In this document: piece after piece, positions 43,983 to 52,631 of the stretch | How the letters are laid out: each line of letters opens with the position of its first letter | How positions within the stretch are numbered: position 1 is the stretch's first letter | Assembly (NCBI GenBank): GCA_963734545.1 | Contig: CAVTHO010000009.1 | Span: 287,968 to 351,967, forward strand | Reading direction: 5' to 3' | Length of the DNA: 64,000 bases | Source of the DNA: an uncultured Spirochaetota bacterium | Lineage (GTDB): Bacteria > Spirochaetota > Spirochaetia > SZUA-6 > Fen-1364 | The notes under the pieces: generated by a model | Databases searched by the model: none | Seen by the model: only the letters and a program-made list of their open reading frames with translations | Told to the model about the DNA's origin: nothing | Position numbers and translations under genes: made by a program

Positions 43983-45560
43983 TTACCATTCCTTAAGGAT
44001 AGGCCAGATTACCTCTTTGCTCATATTATTCTGCCGCACTCTGCACACGCATATGTAGTACCCGTACGGCCACAAAGGGTTCGCAACATAGGCTTTCTTT
44101 GCTATTTCCCAATAGCATTGGGATATCCGCCCTAGATCCGAGGTGACCGCTACTACGACATCCCAGGACTTCTCTCCTGGCCCCCAGAGATAGTACTGCA
44201 TGTGTCCGCTCACGGCGTGGGGAAGCCCGTACCTGGCGCCGTACAGATCGATTGCGCCCGCTTCATTGAACAATGATGCCCAGATCACGGCTTTCTCCCG
44301 GTCTTCCGGCGGCAGGCCGTCATACACCTCGGCGACTTTGTTCACCAATTCCTCCCAGCCAATTCTCATTGAGAAATGCCAGGGATACTGCGGTTTTTGA
44401 ATGGTGTAGTCCTTCACGGGCTTATAGAGAAACCCGAAGGTTCCGGAATATGCTGGCAATAGATCCAACGGAAGTATCGGCAGTGAAGCAGGAGCGACCA
44501 GGGCGCCTCCGGCCAGCAGGTATGAGACGCCGACAATTCCAAACGCTCTCTGCGATTTCATATGGGCGAGCTTCTCTTCGACGAATACCGCGCCGGCCGC
44601 CAGGAGCGGCATGAAGAGGTGAGCAAGCTCAAATACCCGGGCATGAAGCAGATAGACGACGACCATGGTGACGAGAAAGAAAATGCCGAAGAAGCTGTGA
44701 TACGTATCTCCGAAGCGCCTGAAGATGCGGTACAATCCGACGCCAAGTAAAGGCATGAGCAGCAGATTCATATTGAGCGATAGGTTGATGAAATACTCCG
44801 GAATTGAGTAATGGTAAAACCAGCGTGTATGCCCGGACCAGTATTCGAGAGTCGGCCAATGATTGGCGATCTCCCAAAACACCCACGGCGATATGACTAT
44901 AGCGAACAGCCCAACAGCGATCCACGGCCACGGCGTGAGCAAGTCCCTGCGGTGCTTTGTAGCGAGCAGAGCGATCAGGATGCCGGGCGCGGAGATAAGA
45001 ATAGTTGCCTTGGTCATGAAGGCTATCCCCGCAGCCAGACCGATGCTTACCCAGAGCATCTTGTTCCCCGTGCGTATGTAACGTACAAGAAAATAGAGAA
45101 ATACGGCGAGCGCAAGCTGATTTATGCCGTCGTAGGTGAAAAACGAGTTCGTAATGAGCCACAACGGGGTTATGATGAATCCCAGCGCTGCAACCGTCAC
45201 GGCGAAAAGCTTGCCGCCGAACTCCCTGGTGATGAGGCATACAAAAACGAGGGTCGCCGCGCCAGCGAGCGCGGGGAATATGTGGTATGCCAGCAAGGAT
45301 TCTCCCAACAGCGTGCGGCTTACTGCCACGAGTAGCGGCACGAGCGGCGGAAGGTCGAGGTAGCCGAAGGCGAGGTGCTTGCTCAAGGCGATTGTGTAAA
45401 GCTCATCGCCGAAGTAGCCGTAGTTCTGCGCCGTGAGCATATGAATCGCAAACTTCACGGCGGCAAAAGACGTGACCAGCAAGGCAAAGCCCGAAACGCC
45501 GAGAAACGACTTGCCGAGCTGCCCGGGTGGCGTGCGTCGGAAAGGGTGTATACCTGGCAT
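43983..45560 (-). CDS. GT-C fold (GT39/ArnT-like) membrane glycosyltransferase
   Basis: YGYFGDELY...LAFGYLDLPPL, many TM helices, GAID..G...GLP.AVSGH..Y.LWGPG. AGGAG RBS. Confidence 0.88.
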   Translation of the reverse strand: MPGIHPFRRTPPGQLGKSFLGVSGFALLVTSFAAVKFAIHMLTAQNYGYFGDELYTIALSKHLAFGYLDLPPLVPLLVAVSRTLLGESLLAYHIFPALAGAATLVFVCLITREFGGKLFAVTVAALGFIITPLWLITNSFFTYDGINQLALAVFLYFLVRYIRTGNKMLWVSIGLAAGIAFMTKATILISAPGILIALLATKHRRDLLTPWPWIAVGLFAIVISPWVFWEIANHWPTLEYWSGHTRWFYHYSIPEYFINLSLNMNLLLMPLLGVGLYRIFRRFGDTYHSFFGIFFLVTMVVVYLLHARVFELAHLFMPLLAAGAVFVEEKLAHMKSQRAFGIVGVSYLLAGGALVAPASLPILPLDLLPAYSGTFGFLYKPVKDYTIQKPQYPWHFSMRIGWEELVNKVAEVYDGLPPEDREKAVIWASLFNEAGAIDLYGARYGLPHAVSGHMQYYLWGPGEKSWDVVVAVTSDLGRISQCYWEIAKKAYVANPLWPYGYYICVCRVRQNNMSKEVIWPILKEW

Positions 45561-45645
45561 TCTAGCTCCTGACTTTAGGCAGAAGTTAACCATACCGTAT
45601 GTCCGGTTGTCCAGCATCCTGCTCGACGAACCTCGGCCGCCATGT

Positions 45646-45972
45646 CATGCACGCATCTGGGGATCATACTTCACTACGGCCGGCGCCATAGACGTACTGG
45701 GCCCCAAGTACGGGCTCCCGAACGCAGTGAGCGGCCATTTGAACCACTTCCTCTGGGGCCCGGGCAACAAGCCCTGGGACGTGGTGATCGCCATCGCCCC
45801 GTATCCGCATATTGAGATAATGAAGCTCTGCTATTGGGACGTCGAAAACAAGGCCTATGTCGCGAACAGCTTCTCAATGTCCTTCAATAAATACTATATA
45901 TCCGTACGCCGGGTGCCCAGGAATAATCTGAACAGGGAATCCATCTGGGCCATTCTGAAGTACTACTGGTGA
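45646..45972 (+). pseudogene. Inverted 3' fragment of a paralogous GT39-like gene
   Basis: IWGSYFTTAGAIDVLGPKYGLPNAVSGHLNHFLWGPG...SIWAILKYYW aligns with the C-terminus of 43983-45560. No start codon or RBS. Confidence 0.8.
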
Positions 45973-45986
45973 TGCGCTGCAGCATT

Positions 45987-47048
45987 TTACTGCTTCTTGT
46001 CGAACTTCATGTAGTTCCTGACCATCTTTCCGAATGCTTTGTCCTTCTTCCGTTTCTCTAGATAGGTCATCTCATAGTGCTTCGATTCTTTCATTAGTTT
46101 CAGGTAGCTCTCGTACCTCTCGGTGCTCAATTCGCCATCCGCCACGCTTGAAAGCACCGCACACCCCTTCTCAGTTGTGTGTGTACAATCAGCAAAGCGA
46201 CAGCGTTTTGTAATCGCGGAGATGTCACCAAAACTTTCCTCTATTCCAAGAGCAAAGCCCAGCATCCCCAATTCCCGCATGCCGGGCGTGTCGATGAAGA
46301 GTGCTCCATTGTCCAGGACAACCAATTGTCGTCTCGTCGTCGTATGTCGACCTTTGCCACTCTTCTCTCGCACAGGATTGGTAAAGAACTCTTCCTTCCC
46401 TACTAGTTTATTCAAGATAGTGCTTTTGCCGACTCCGGAAGACCCTATCAGACAGTAGGTTCTCCCTTTTTCTAGAATGTCCCTGAAGCGATCGTAGCCA
46501 GCCCCCGTTGCGCTGCTTAGCGGGATTACATCAATGCTGTGCTCTCTCCGTACTGCAGCGACCATTGATTCCAGGTTCGCCCCGTCAACAAGGTCGCACT
46601 TTGTAAGCAAGAGTATCGAATCGATACCTCCGTCTTTCGTCATTGCTATATATCTGTCAAGCCGATTCAGATTGTAGTCGACGTCACAAGACTGAACTAT
46701 GAACGCAACGTCGACATTTGCAGCAATTGGCTGGTAGTCGACTCTTATGCCCGAGGATCTCCGCCGCAGGATGGTTCTTCTCGGCAGTATTTCGTGCACA
46801 ATTGCGTGCGCACTCTTGTCATAATAGTCCACCAACACCCAGTCTCCGACACAAGGCATATCTTCGGCGGTCACAGCACAATACAACAGTCTGCCCGTAA
46901 GCTCGGCGGGAATCGATCCGAGCGTGCTTCCAATCATATAGCGATCTCGGTCAACCGCGATGACACGAGCTACATGGGTTTCAGCCAATAGGTTTCCCCC
47001 CAGTTTTTCTTGAAACCAGTCATCGTAGCCTAGATCTTCCAGATTCAT
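45987..47048 (-). CDS. rsgA: Ribosome small subunit-dependent GTPase A (accessory long form)
   Basis: OB fold, TKCD, GSSGVGKST, GRHTTT, DTPGMRE and CRFADCTH..EKGC. Confidence 0.93.
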   Translation of the reverse strand: MNLEDLGYDDWFQEKLGGNLLAETHVARVIAVDRDRYMIGSTLGSIPAELTGRLLYCAVTAEDMPCVGDWVLVDYYDKSAHAIVHEILPRRTILRRRSSGIRVDYQPIAANVDVAFIVQSCDVDYNLNRLDRYIAMTKDGGIDSILLLTKCDLVDGANLESMVAAVRREHSIDVIPLSSATGAGYDRFRDILEKGRTYCLIGSSGVGKSTILNKLVGKEEFFTNPVREKSGKGRHTTTRRQLVVLDNGALFIDTPGMRELGMLGFALGIEESFGDISAITKRCRFADCTHTTEKGCAVLSSVADGELSTERYESYLKLMKESKHYEMTYLEKRKKDKAFGKMVRNYMKFDKKQ

Positions 47049-47095
47049 GTAACGGCCCCCATGCGCACACTACCAGGTTGAACTCGTTGTTTGCA
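47047..47095 (-). repeat. Probable collapsed attC remnant
   Basis: Minus strand TGCAAAC-AACGA-GTTCAACC (R''-5 nt-L'') just after the upstream stop, and GTTACAT (R'-like) overlapping the rsgA ATG. No L' box. Confidence 0.45.
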
Positions 47096-47106
47096 TCCCT
47101 TCTCTG

Positions 47107-47823
47107 CTATTTATTATAAACTACCGGCATCTTAAACCGCCACTCTCTCCATAAACTTTCATTTATTAGCAAATCAGCCATAAAATGGCTTACATTTATT
47201 CTGCTGGTTTTTCCGGCATTGAATATTGGACTTCTCACTGGAGATTCATGCACTTCGTACGTACTATTAGTATCTTCGTTAACTAATGTATCCGGGCGTA
47301 CGGCTATCCATTCCATCTTCTCATTATCCTTTCCAATCTCTTCGTGTAGATAATCAGCAGCCCTAACATTGTCACGATGAGGGGGTAGAAGTAGTTTCAG
47401 GATTGATAGGATAATTCTTTCTCCTAATGAATTCTTCTCTCCTGTTATGCTATTTGTGTAGCCTGTCGTGCTCATAAGAATAAGCTTTACCTTTTTATCT
47501 CCCTTCTCCTTAACTATTATGCTGATTTTTCTTATTGTATCGGACACTAAATTACGTGGTTTCCCAAATATCCCTCTGATCGTAATATTATGACCAAGGC
47601 AAGAGACTATTGCATTACAATCTTGCAGGAGGCTGCTCATTTCTGAATCATTGAATTCGGCGATATTCCCTTTTTCGATTTCAACTAGTGGATTATCGAG
47701 CATTTCTGCCGATAGAATTGCCCGCTCCCTGACGACAACCCTGATATTGATTTGTCTTTTGATCAATTGCATGACAACTAATCTCCCGGTAGCGCCACTA
47801 GCTCCAAGAACTAATACTTTCAC
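47107..47823 (-). CDS. NAD(P)-binding oxidoreductase (atypical SDR, flavin reductase-like)
   Basis: VLVLGASGATG Rossmann motif, WIAVRPD. Noticeably AT-rich. Confidence 0.88.
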   Translation of the reverse strand: MKVLVLGASGATGRLVVMQLIKRQINIRVVVRERAILSAEMLDNPLVEIEKGNIAEFNDSEMSSLLQDCNAIVSCLGHNITIRGIFGKPRNLVSDTIRKISIIVKEKGDKKVKLILMSTTGYTNSITGEKNSLGERIILSILKLLLPPHRDNVRAADYLHEEIGKDNEKMEWIAVRPDTLVNEDTNSTYEVHESPVRSPIFNAGKTSRINVSHFMADLLINESLWREWRFKMPVVYNK

Positions 47824-48032
47824 ATCGCCTCCTATTGCCGGCCGCCAGCGTGTAATACTCCGTCACCACGTCCGCCGCAGGCTTCCTGGTCGTCTACCAG
47901 AATCGTCGTGCGGGCCGCAAACGTGAGATCCAGCACAAGAAAAAGAAAGACACCGGGATTCCTCATGAGCACCCCTCCGTGGACTTCTCCTGCGATCGAT
48001 TCCACCGACTTCATCCACCTCGTCAAGGCGTG

Positions 48033-48953
48033 CTATATCTTGCCGCTATGTTCCACAGTTATGACTACACTTCCTTTTTTGTGACCGTGTTCGACATATC
48101 TGTGAGCCTCGACGATTTGTTCCAGCGGATAGCGCCGATCTATGACCGATTTTATCTTCCCAGCTTCAATAAGTTTTTTAAGAAAGACCAAACCTTCAGT
48201 ACGTTGACGTTCGTTCGGTCCCCCTTTCATAATTGTCACGTAGGTCCCATTTGTAGTCAATGCCTTCCTGCATTTGGATAACGCGCTCTTGCCAACCGCG
48301 TCAAAGATGAGATCATAGCGCTCTCCTCTTCCCGCAGAATCCTCCTTGGTGTAGTCAATTACCATATCCGCACCAAGAGATTTCACCAATTCTGCATTCC
48401 TTGTGCTGCATACCCCGGTAACTTCTGTCCCATAGTACTTGGCAAGCTGTACCGCAAAAGTCCCAACGCTTCCAGAAGCTCCAATGATAAGCACTTTCTG
48501 TCCGCGCTGGATATTACCCTTGTCTTTAAGACAATATAAAGGTGCAATGCCCCCATAAGGAACGGCAGCAGCCTCCTCATAGGTCATGTTGGCTGGTTTT
48601 ATTGCCACCACCCCATCTTCGGACAAACATTTATACTCTGCATAGGCGCCGAAGCTAAAACCGCAAGATGCAAAGACTTGATCGCCTTCCTTAAACAATT
48701 TTGCGTTTTTGCCTACTGCTTCAACTTCCCCGGCCAAGTCAAACCCCAATATTTTTACTTTTATTGGCCTTATCAGACCATTATAAAGTCTCGCGGCAAA
48801 TGGATCGGCCTTTCGCATGCGCCAGTCCCCTGCTGTTACTGTTGTCGCATATACCTTGACCAGGATTTCATTGTCCCTGGGAACAGGTTTTCTTACCTCT
48901 TTGAGCTGAAGAACATCGGGAGGGCCATATTTCTCGTAAACTATTGCCTTCAT
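48033..48953 (-). CDS. MDR-family NAD(P)-dependent quinone oxidoreductase / alcohol dehydrogenase-like
   Basis: [30 protein letters not shown] and GHKKGSVVI motifs. Confidence 0.92.
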   Translation of the reverse strand: MKAIVYEKYGPPDVLQLKEVRKPVPRDNEILVKVYATTVTAGDWRMRKADPFAARLYNGLIRPIKVKILGFDLAGEVEAVGKNAKLFKEGDQVFASCGFSFGAYAEYKCLSEDGVVAIKPANMTYEEAAAVPYGGIAPLYCLKDKGNIQRGQKVLIIGASGSVGTFAVQLAKYYGTEVTGVCSTRNAELVKSLGADMVIDYTKEDSAGRGERYDLIFDAVGKSALSKCRKALTTNGTYVTIMKGGPNERQRTEGLVFLKKLIEAGKIKSVIDRRYPLEQIVEAHRYVEHGHKKGSVVITVEHSGKI

Positions 48954-48970
48954 AAGTGTGAATCGCGCTT

Positions 48971-49864
48971 TCAGGTTTTTTTCAGCCATTTGTCGAAAAA
49001 ATCGAAAATGGCCTTTCGGGCCGCATTGTCTCTCATGTAATTCGCATGTCCCATACCGCGTTTGACCAACAGAGTATGAGACGCGCCAACTTCCTTCATT
49101 TTTGCATCCAGCAATTCCGCCTCGTGAAACGGCATCAGCACGTCCTTGTCGCCGTGAATAGTGAGGATCGGCGGATCATCGGCGCTCACGTAGCTCAACG
49201 GACTCGCCAGCCGATATCTGTCCTGCGCCACCCCTGGAGCGCCGCCGAGCAGATTCTCTACTGTTGTTTTCATTCCTCCCTCGTTCCAGAAACCGACCAT
49301 GTCAGTTGGCCCGCCGATGTTTACGACTGCCTGGACGCGGCTGGAGATCGAGAAGTCTTCTCCCTCTCCCTCCAGATCATCGGAAGGACCGGTCAAACCA
49401 AGGAGGAGTGCAAGGTATCCCCCTGATGAGAAGCCGATTGCTCCGATCCGATCCGGGTCGACCCGGTACTGCGCCGCGTGCGCGCGCAGCCAGCGTACGG
49501 CGCTCTTCACATCGTAGAGCTCAGCAGGAAATTGATATGAGACTTTGTTGTTCTGTGTGATCGTGATGAGTCGCCGGTCGATTGCGGCTGCCACGTACCC
49601 CCTCTTCGCGGCATTCGGAATGTCGTAATAGAGGGACTTGCGGTCGAGGAACCGGTCCTGATGGGCCCAGTCATCGATGATGTAAACGATCGCAGGGAAA
49701 GGTCCGTCTCCTGTCGCTGGCAGAGCGATGTCGAGCTTGAGAATCAGATCTCCCCTCTGGGCATACGTGATGTCGTCCTGCCTGATGAAGTCCGATTGCG
49801 CAAGCAGCGGGGCCTGAGAGAGGAAGGACAGCGCGAGGAACAGTGCGATTCCGAGATTTCTCAT
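48971..49864 (-). CDS. Secreted alpha/beta hydrolase (esterase)
   Basis: Signal peptide, [21 protein letters not shown] and GMGH. Confidence 0.88.
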   Translation of the reverse strand: MRNLGIALFLALSFLSQAPLLAQSDFIRQDDITYAQRGDLILKLDIALPATGDGPFPAIVYIIDDWAHQDRFLDRKSLYYDIPNAAKRGYVAAAIDRRLITITQNNKVSYQFPAELYDVKSAVRWLRAHAAQYRVDPDRIGAIGFSSGGYLALLLGLTGPSDDLEGEGEDFSISSRVQAVVNIGGPTDMVGFWNEGGMKTTVENLLGGAPGVAQDRYRLASPLSYVSADDPPILTIHGDKDVLMPFHEAELLDAKMKEVGASHTLLVKRGMGHANYMRDNAARKAIFDFFDKWLKKT

Positions 49865-49966
49865 GGCAAGCCTCCCCTGAACCATGGAACTATTCGGCTT
49901 TATCGTATCACTCAATTTGACTGGGTCAAGCTCAGTATCGACGGTTCAAGCAAAGAGCCGCTTGCC

Positions 49967-50872
49967 TTACTTTCTTCTAAATATGAACACAATTGATGAA
50001 CCCATCAAATACAAAGCTGCCCCAAGAAACACCAGCCCAGTAATGATTGTAAATGTTGATTTTGTCCACGGTTCGAGCAAGAGCATGAGTGCTATTGCGC
50101 CGACGCTGCCAACTATTGCGATGATCGCGGTTACAAGTTTCCTGGAAAAGACAAAGGGAATTGCTAGCGCGAACGCCAAGTCGGCAAGAACATTATTAAC
50201 GATGTAGGACACAGCCTCTTCTGGCGTGTTGCAGGCAAAGACGTTGAGAAGGTACCCCCCAAGCGACAATACGAGCAGAACAATCAAGACGACCGACAAG
50301 GTAGATGATGACTTCACTGCCCTTTGATCCTTTTGCTGTGTCCTTTTCCATTTCTTCTTCGGATATTGGGTCGCCCTGGTTAGCAGTGAAAGTGGGAGCA
50401 AGAGCGGCAATAGATAGAAAAACCTCCTGTATGTAGCCGACCTCGTAAGCTTGCCTTCCCATTTGTCAGCAGCGTCTTCAGCGTCGATATGTTGGCGAGC
50501 AATCGTACGGTGAATATGATGGCCGACTTCGTGAAAAAGTACTGAGCTGATACGCAATCTACGCATAAACCTGCGGCCTATTCTCATGCCACGGAAGATT
50601 TGATCTACAAGGATGACAATACCAGCGGCATGAGAAGGCGAAGCGTGTGTGTAGAAGCCTTTCACCTCTCCGAGAGCGTATCGTCTGCCCCTGGCAATTG
50701 CACGTTTCCTTCGTTCCTGTCTGTTCATTTCTCCCGATGTAGTTACGTAGACTTCCGAGAGTCCCTTCAGGTAAGCGCCTGGTATTGACGATAAGAGCCA
50801 CGTGATGTCTCTTTCGAATCCGCCAGATAGAGCTAAGGCTCCTGTGGAGCATCGCACATCAGGTATCCCCAT
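49967..50872 (-). CDS. Hypothetical protein: HExxH zincin-like N-terminus plus multi-TM C-terminus
   Basis: VLFHEVGHHIH, Arg-rich, followed by about four TM helices. AGAGG RBS. Confidence 0.6.
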   Translation of the reverse strand: MGIPDVRCSTGALALSGGFERDITWLLSSIPGAYLKGLSEVYVTTSGEMNRQERRKRAIARGRRYALGEVKGFYTHASPSHAAGIVILVDQIFRGMRIGRRFMRRLRISSVLFHEVGHHIHRTIARQHIDAEDAADKWEGKLTRSATYRRFFYLLPLLLPLSLLTRATQYPKKKWKRTQQKDQRAVKSSSTLSVVLIVLLVLSLGGYLLNVFACNTPEEAVSYIVNNVLADLAFALAIPFVFSRKLVTAIIAIVGSVGAIALMLLLEPWTKSTFTIITGLVFLGAALYLMGSSIVFIFRRK

Positions 50873-50883
50873 CTGATCGCCTC

Positions 50884-50912
50884 TTGACACCTTTCTGTCG
50901 CTATTGTACTCT
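50884..50912 (+). promoter_or_regulatory. Sigma70-type promoter for the HTH-tsf pair
   Basis: TTGACA-17 nt-TACTCT, 55 nt upstream of the ATG at 50968. Confidence 0.6.
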
Positions 50913-50967
50913 ATTGGGGAAATGAATGGTACTTTTATAGTCGTTTGTAGGATAATAGATCTTCTGC

Positions 50968-51414
50968 ATGAGTAGCGAACTACTTTCGGTGGACCAGGTG
51001 GCGCAGATACTCGGGCTCCACCCACGAACGGTCAGACGCTTCATTCGGGAGGATCGTCTCAAGGCGAAAAAGCTGGGAAAGGAATGGCGCATCCTCCGGA
51101 CGGACCTTGACGTACTCACCGGGAGGGAACCGAGCACCCGAGAGCAAGTGAGCGGTAGTATGCAGGTCTCGGCAGTGGCCGACGTGCTCGTCGCCAATCA
51201 GGAGGAAGCAACCCGCATCTTCAACTCCATGCTCGCCGCTGTCACTGCAAAAGGCCCAGAATACGGAGTCGTGCATTACCAGTCTCTCTACATCGAGGAT
51301 GACCGCAAGGCCCGACTCATGTTCTGGGGAGATGCTGCCTTCATCGGGCAAGCACTGATCACTCTGCAGAGAATATCGTCGACATTCGGACTACCGAGAG
51401 AGGGAAACTCGTGA
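50968..51414 (+). CDS. Excisionase-like (HTH_17) DNA-binding protein with C-terminal domain
   Basis: LLSVDQVAQILGLHPRTVRRFIREDRLKAKKLGKEWRI. Confidence 0.88.
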   Translation: MSSELLSVDQVAQILGLHPRTVRRFIREDRLKAKKLGKEWRILRTDLDVLTGREPSTREQVSGSMQVSAVADVLVANQEEATRIFNSMLAAVTAKGPEYGVVHYQSLYIEDDRKARLMFWGDAAFIGQALITLQRISSTFGLPREGNS

Positions 51415-52241
51415 GTGGGCTTGTGGCTGCGATCAAACAACTTCGAGAGAACACTGGTGCGGGCATGATGGATTGCCGGAGGGCGTTGGAGTCGACAGGT
51501 GGGGACATCGACAAGGCAGTTGTCGTTCTGAAAGAACAGGGGCTTCTTCAGGCTCGGGAGCGGCAAGACCGGGAAACTACGGAAGGTCGGGTGTTCCTCA
51601 AATTCAACGACGAGAAGGCGGTACTGCTCCACTTGGCGTGTGAAACTGATTTCGTCGCCAGGAACGCCAGTTTCATCCGCTTGGGAGAAAAGTGCCTGTC
51701 GCTGGCTTTTGAAAGCTCAAGCGTAGAAGAACAGCTGACTGCACTGATCGACGAGGCAATTGGCCGGATCAAAGAGAACATCGTAATGCGCAGTCTGAAA
51801 ACTCTTCGCGCAAACCAGAACGAACGCCTTTTCGCCTATGTTCACGGCGAAGGAAGGATCGGCGCGGTGATAGCTCTGTTCGCCCCTGATCCTGCCACCT
51901 GGGACTGCGAAGAGCCCCAGAAGTTCGCTGCTGATCTGACTCTACATGTCGCCGCCTTCGGCCCACTGTATCTATCACGAGACTCCGTAGATTCAACGTA
52001 CATGGAGCAGAAGGAAACCGAATTCCTTGCGGATGCACGGGCCCTCGGCAAGCCGTCGCAAATTATTCCAGGAATCGTGCGCGGAAAGCTGAACAAACAT
52101 CTTTCAAAGATCTGCCTGTTGGAACAAGCCTTCATACGTGATGAAACATCGAGTGTCGAAGAAGTGCTCCGCGGGCTCAAAGATAAAGGCGGTCCAAGTG
52201 TCCGTGTCAGTGGTTTCTTGTACCAGTGTGTCGGCCACTGA
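51411..52241 (+). CDS. tsf: Translation elongation factor Ts (stand-alone paralog)
   Basis: IKQLRENTGAGMMDCRRAL, CETDFVARN, YVHGEGRIG, LHVAA, GKP..I...IV.GKL and CLLEQAFIRD. GTG overlaps the HTH stop (GTGA). Confidence 0.93.
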   Translation: MSGLVAAIKQLRENTGAGMMDCRRALESTGGDIDKAVVVLKEQGLLQARERQDRETTEGRVFLKFNDEKAVLLHLACETDFVARNASFIRLGEKCLSLAFESSSVEEQLTALIDEAIGRIKENIVMRSLKTLRANQNERLFAYVHGEGRIGAVIALFAPDPATWDCEEPQKFAADLTLHVAAFGPLYLSRDSVDSTYMEQKETEFLADARALGKPSQIIPGIVRGKLNKHLSKICLLEQAFIRDETSSVEEVLRGLKDKGGPSVRVSGFLYQCVGH

Positions 52242-52582
52242 TCGTTCAACGTCGAGCTTCCCGTCATTTGTTCCTTCAGATCATAGAGACTCAACGGGTC
52301 AGGAACCGGAAACGTAACTGAGCCATCATTGTCCCACAGTCTCTTGTCCACCCTCCTCCCGCGCTCAATTGCCCATTGATAGATTTTCTCATTTCCTCCC
52401 GACTCTACGAGAAGAGGACTTCGCTCCGGGTTTTCCAGATAGGAAGGGACCAGAACAAACCTGAGCTTTCCATCGCAAACATATCTCTTGAAAGCCTCTA
52501 GCGTTAAGATCGAATCCGTGCCGGTGAAACCCCCGATCGTCATTACAGGGACATTTCTGTTCCCGTTGTAGAGCATCAGCAA
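52238..52582 (-). pseudogene. 5'-truncated C-terminal domain of a YkcB/YycA-like GT-C glycosyltransferase
   Basis: PVMTIGGFTGTDSILTLEAFKRYVCDGKLRFVLV...LYDL. No upstream part, abuts the half-attC. Confidence 0.6.
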
Positions 52583-52600
52583 AGCGGTGAACTATTACAG

Positions 52601-52620
52601 CATTCAGCGAGATGTTGGGC
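52601..52620 (-). repeat. Truncated attC (R'' and L'' half only)
   Basis: Minus strand GCCCAAC-ATCTC-GCTGAATG, 11 nt after the stop at 52632. Bases 52614-52626 match the cassette's other end (53599-53611, reverse complement) at 12 of 13 positions. Confidence 0.7.
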
Positions 52621-52631
52621 GCAATACAAAC

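Noticed and set aside
47832-48026. 64-aa minus-strand ORF between the two oxidoreductases
   Set aside because: No recognisable motif and an uncertain start. It may be a gene remnant but cannot be supported.
50968-51414. HTH_17 gene as a prophage or ICE excisionase marking an integrated element
   Set aside because: No integrase, phage genes or att repeats nearby. The extra C-terminal domain and coupling to tsf fit a regulator better.
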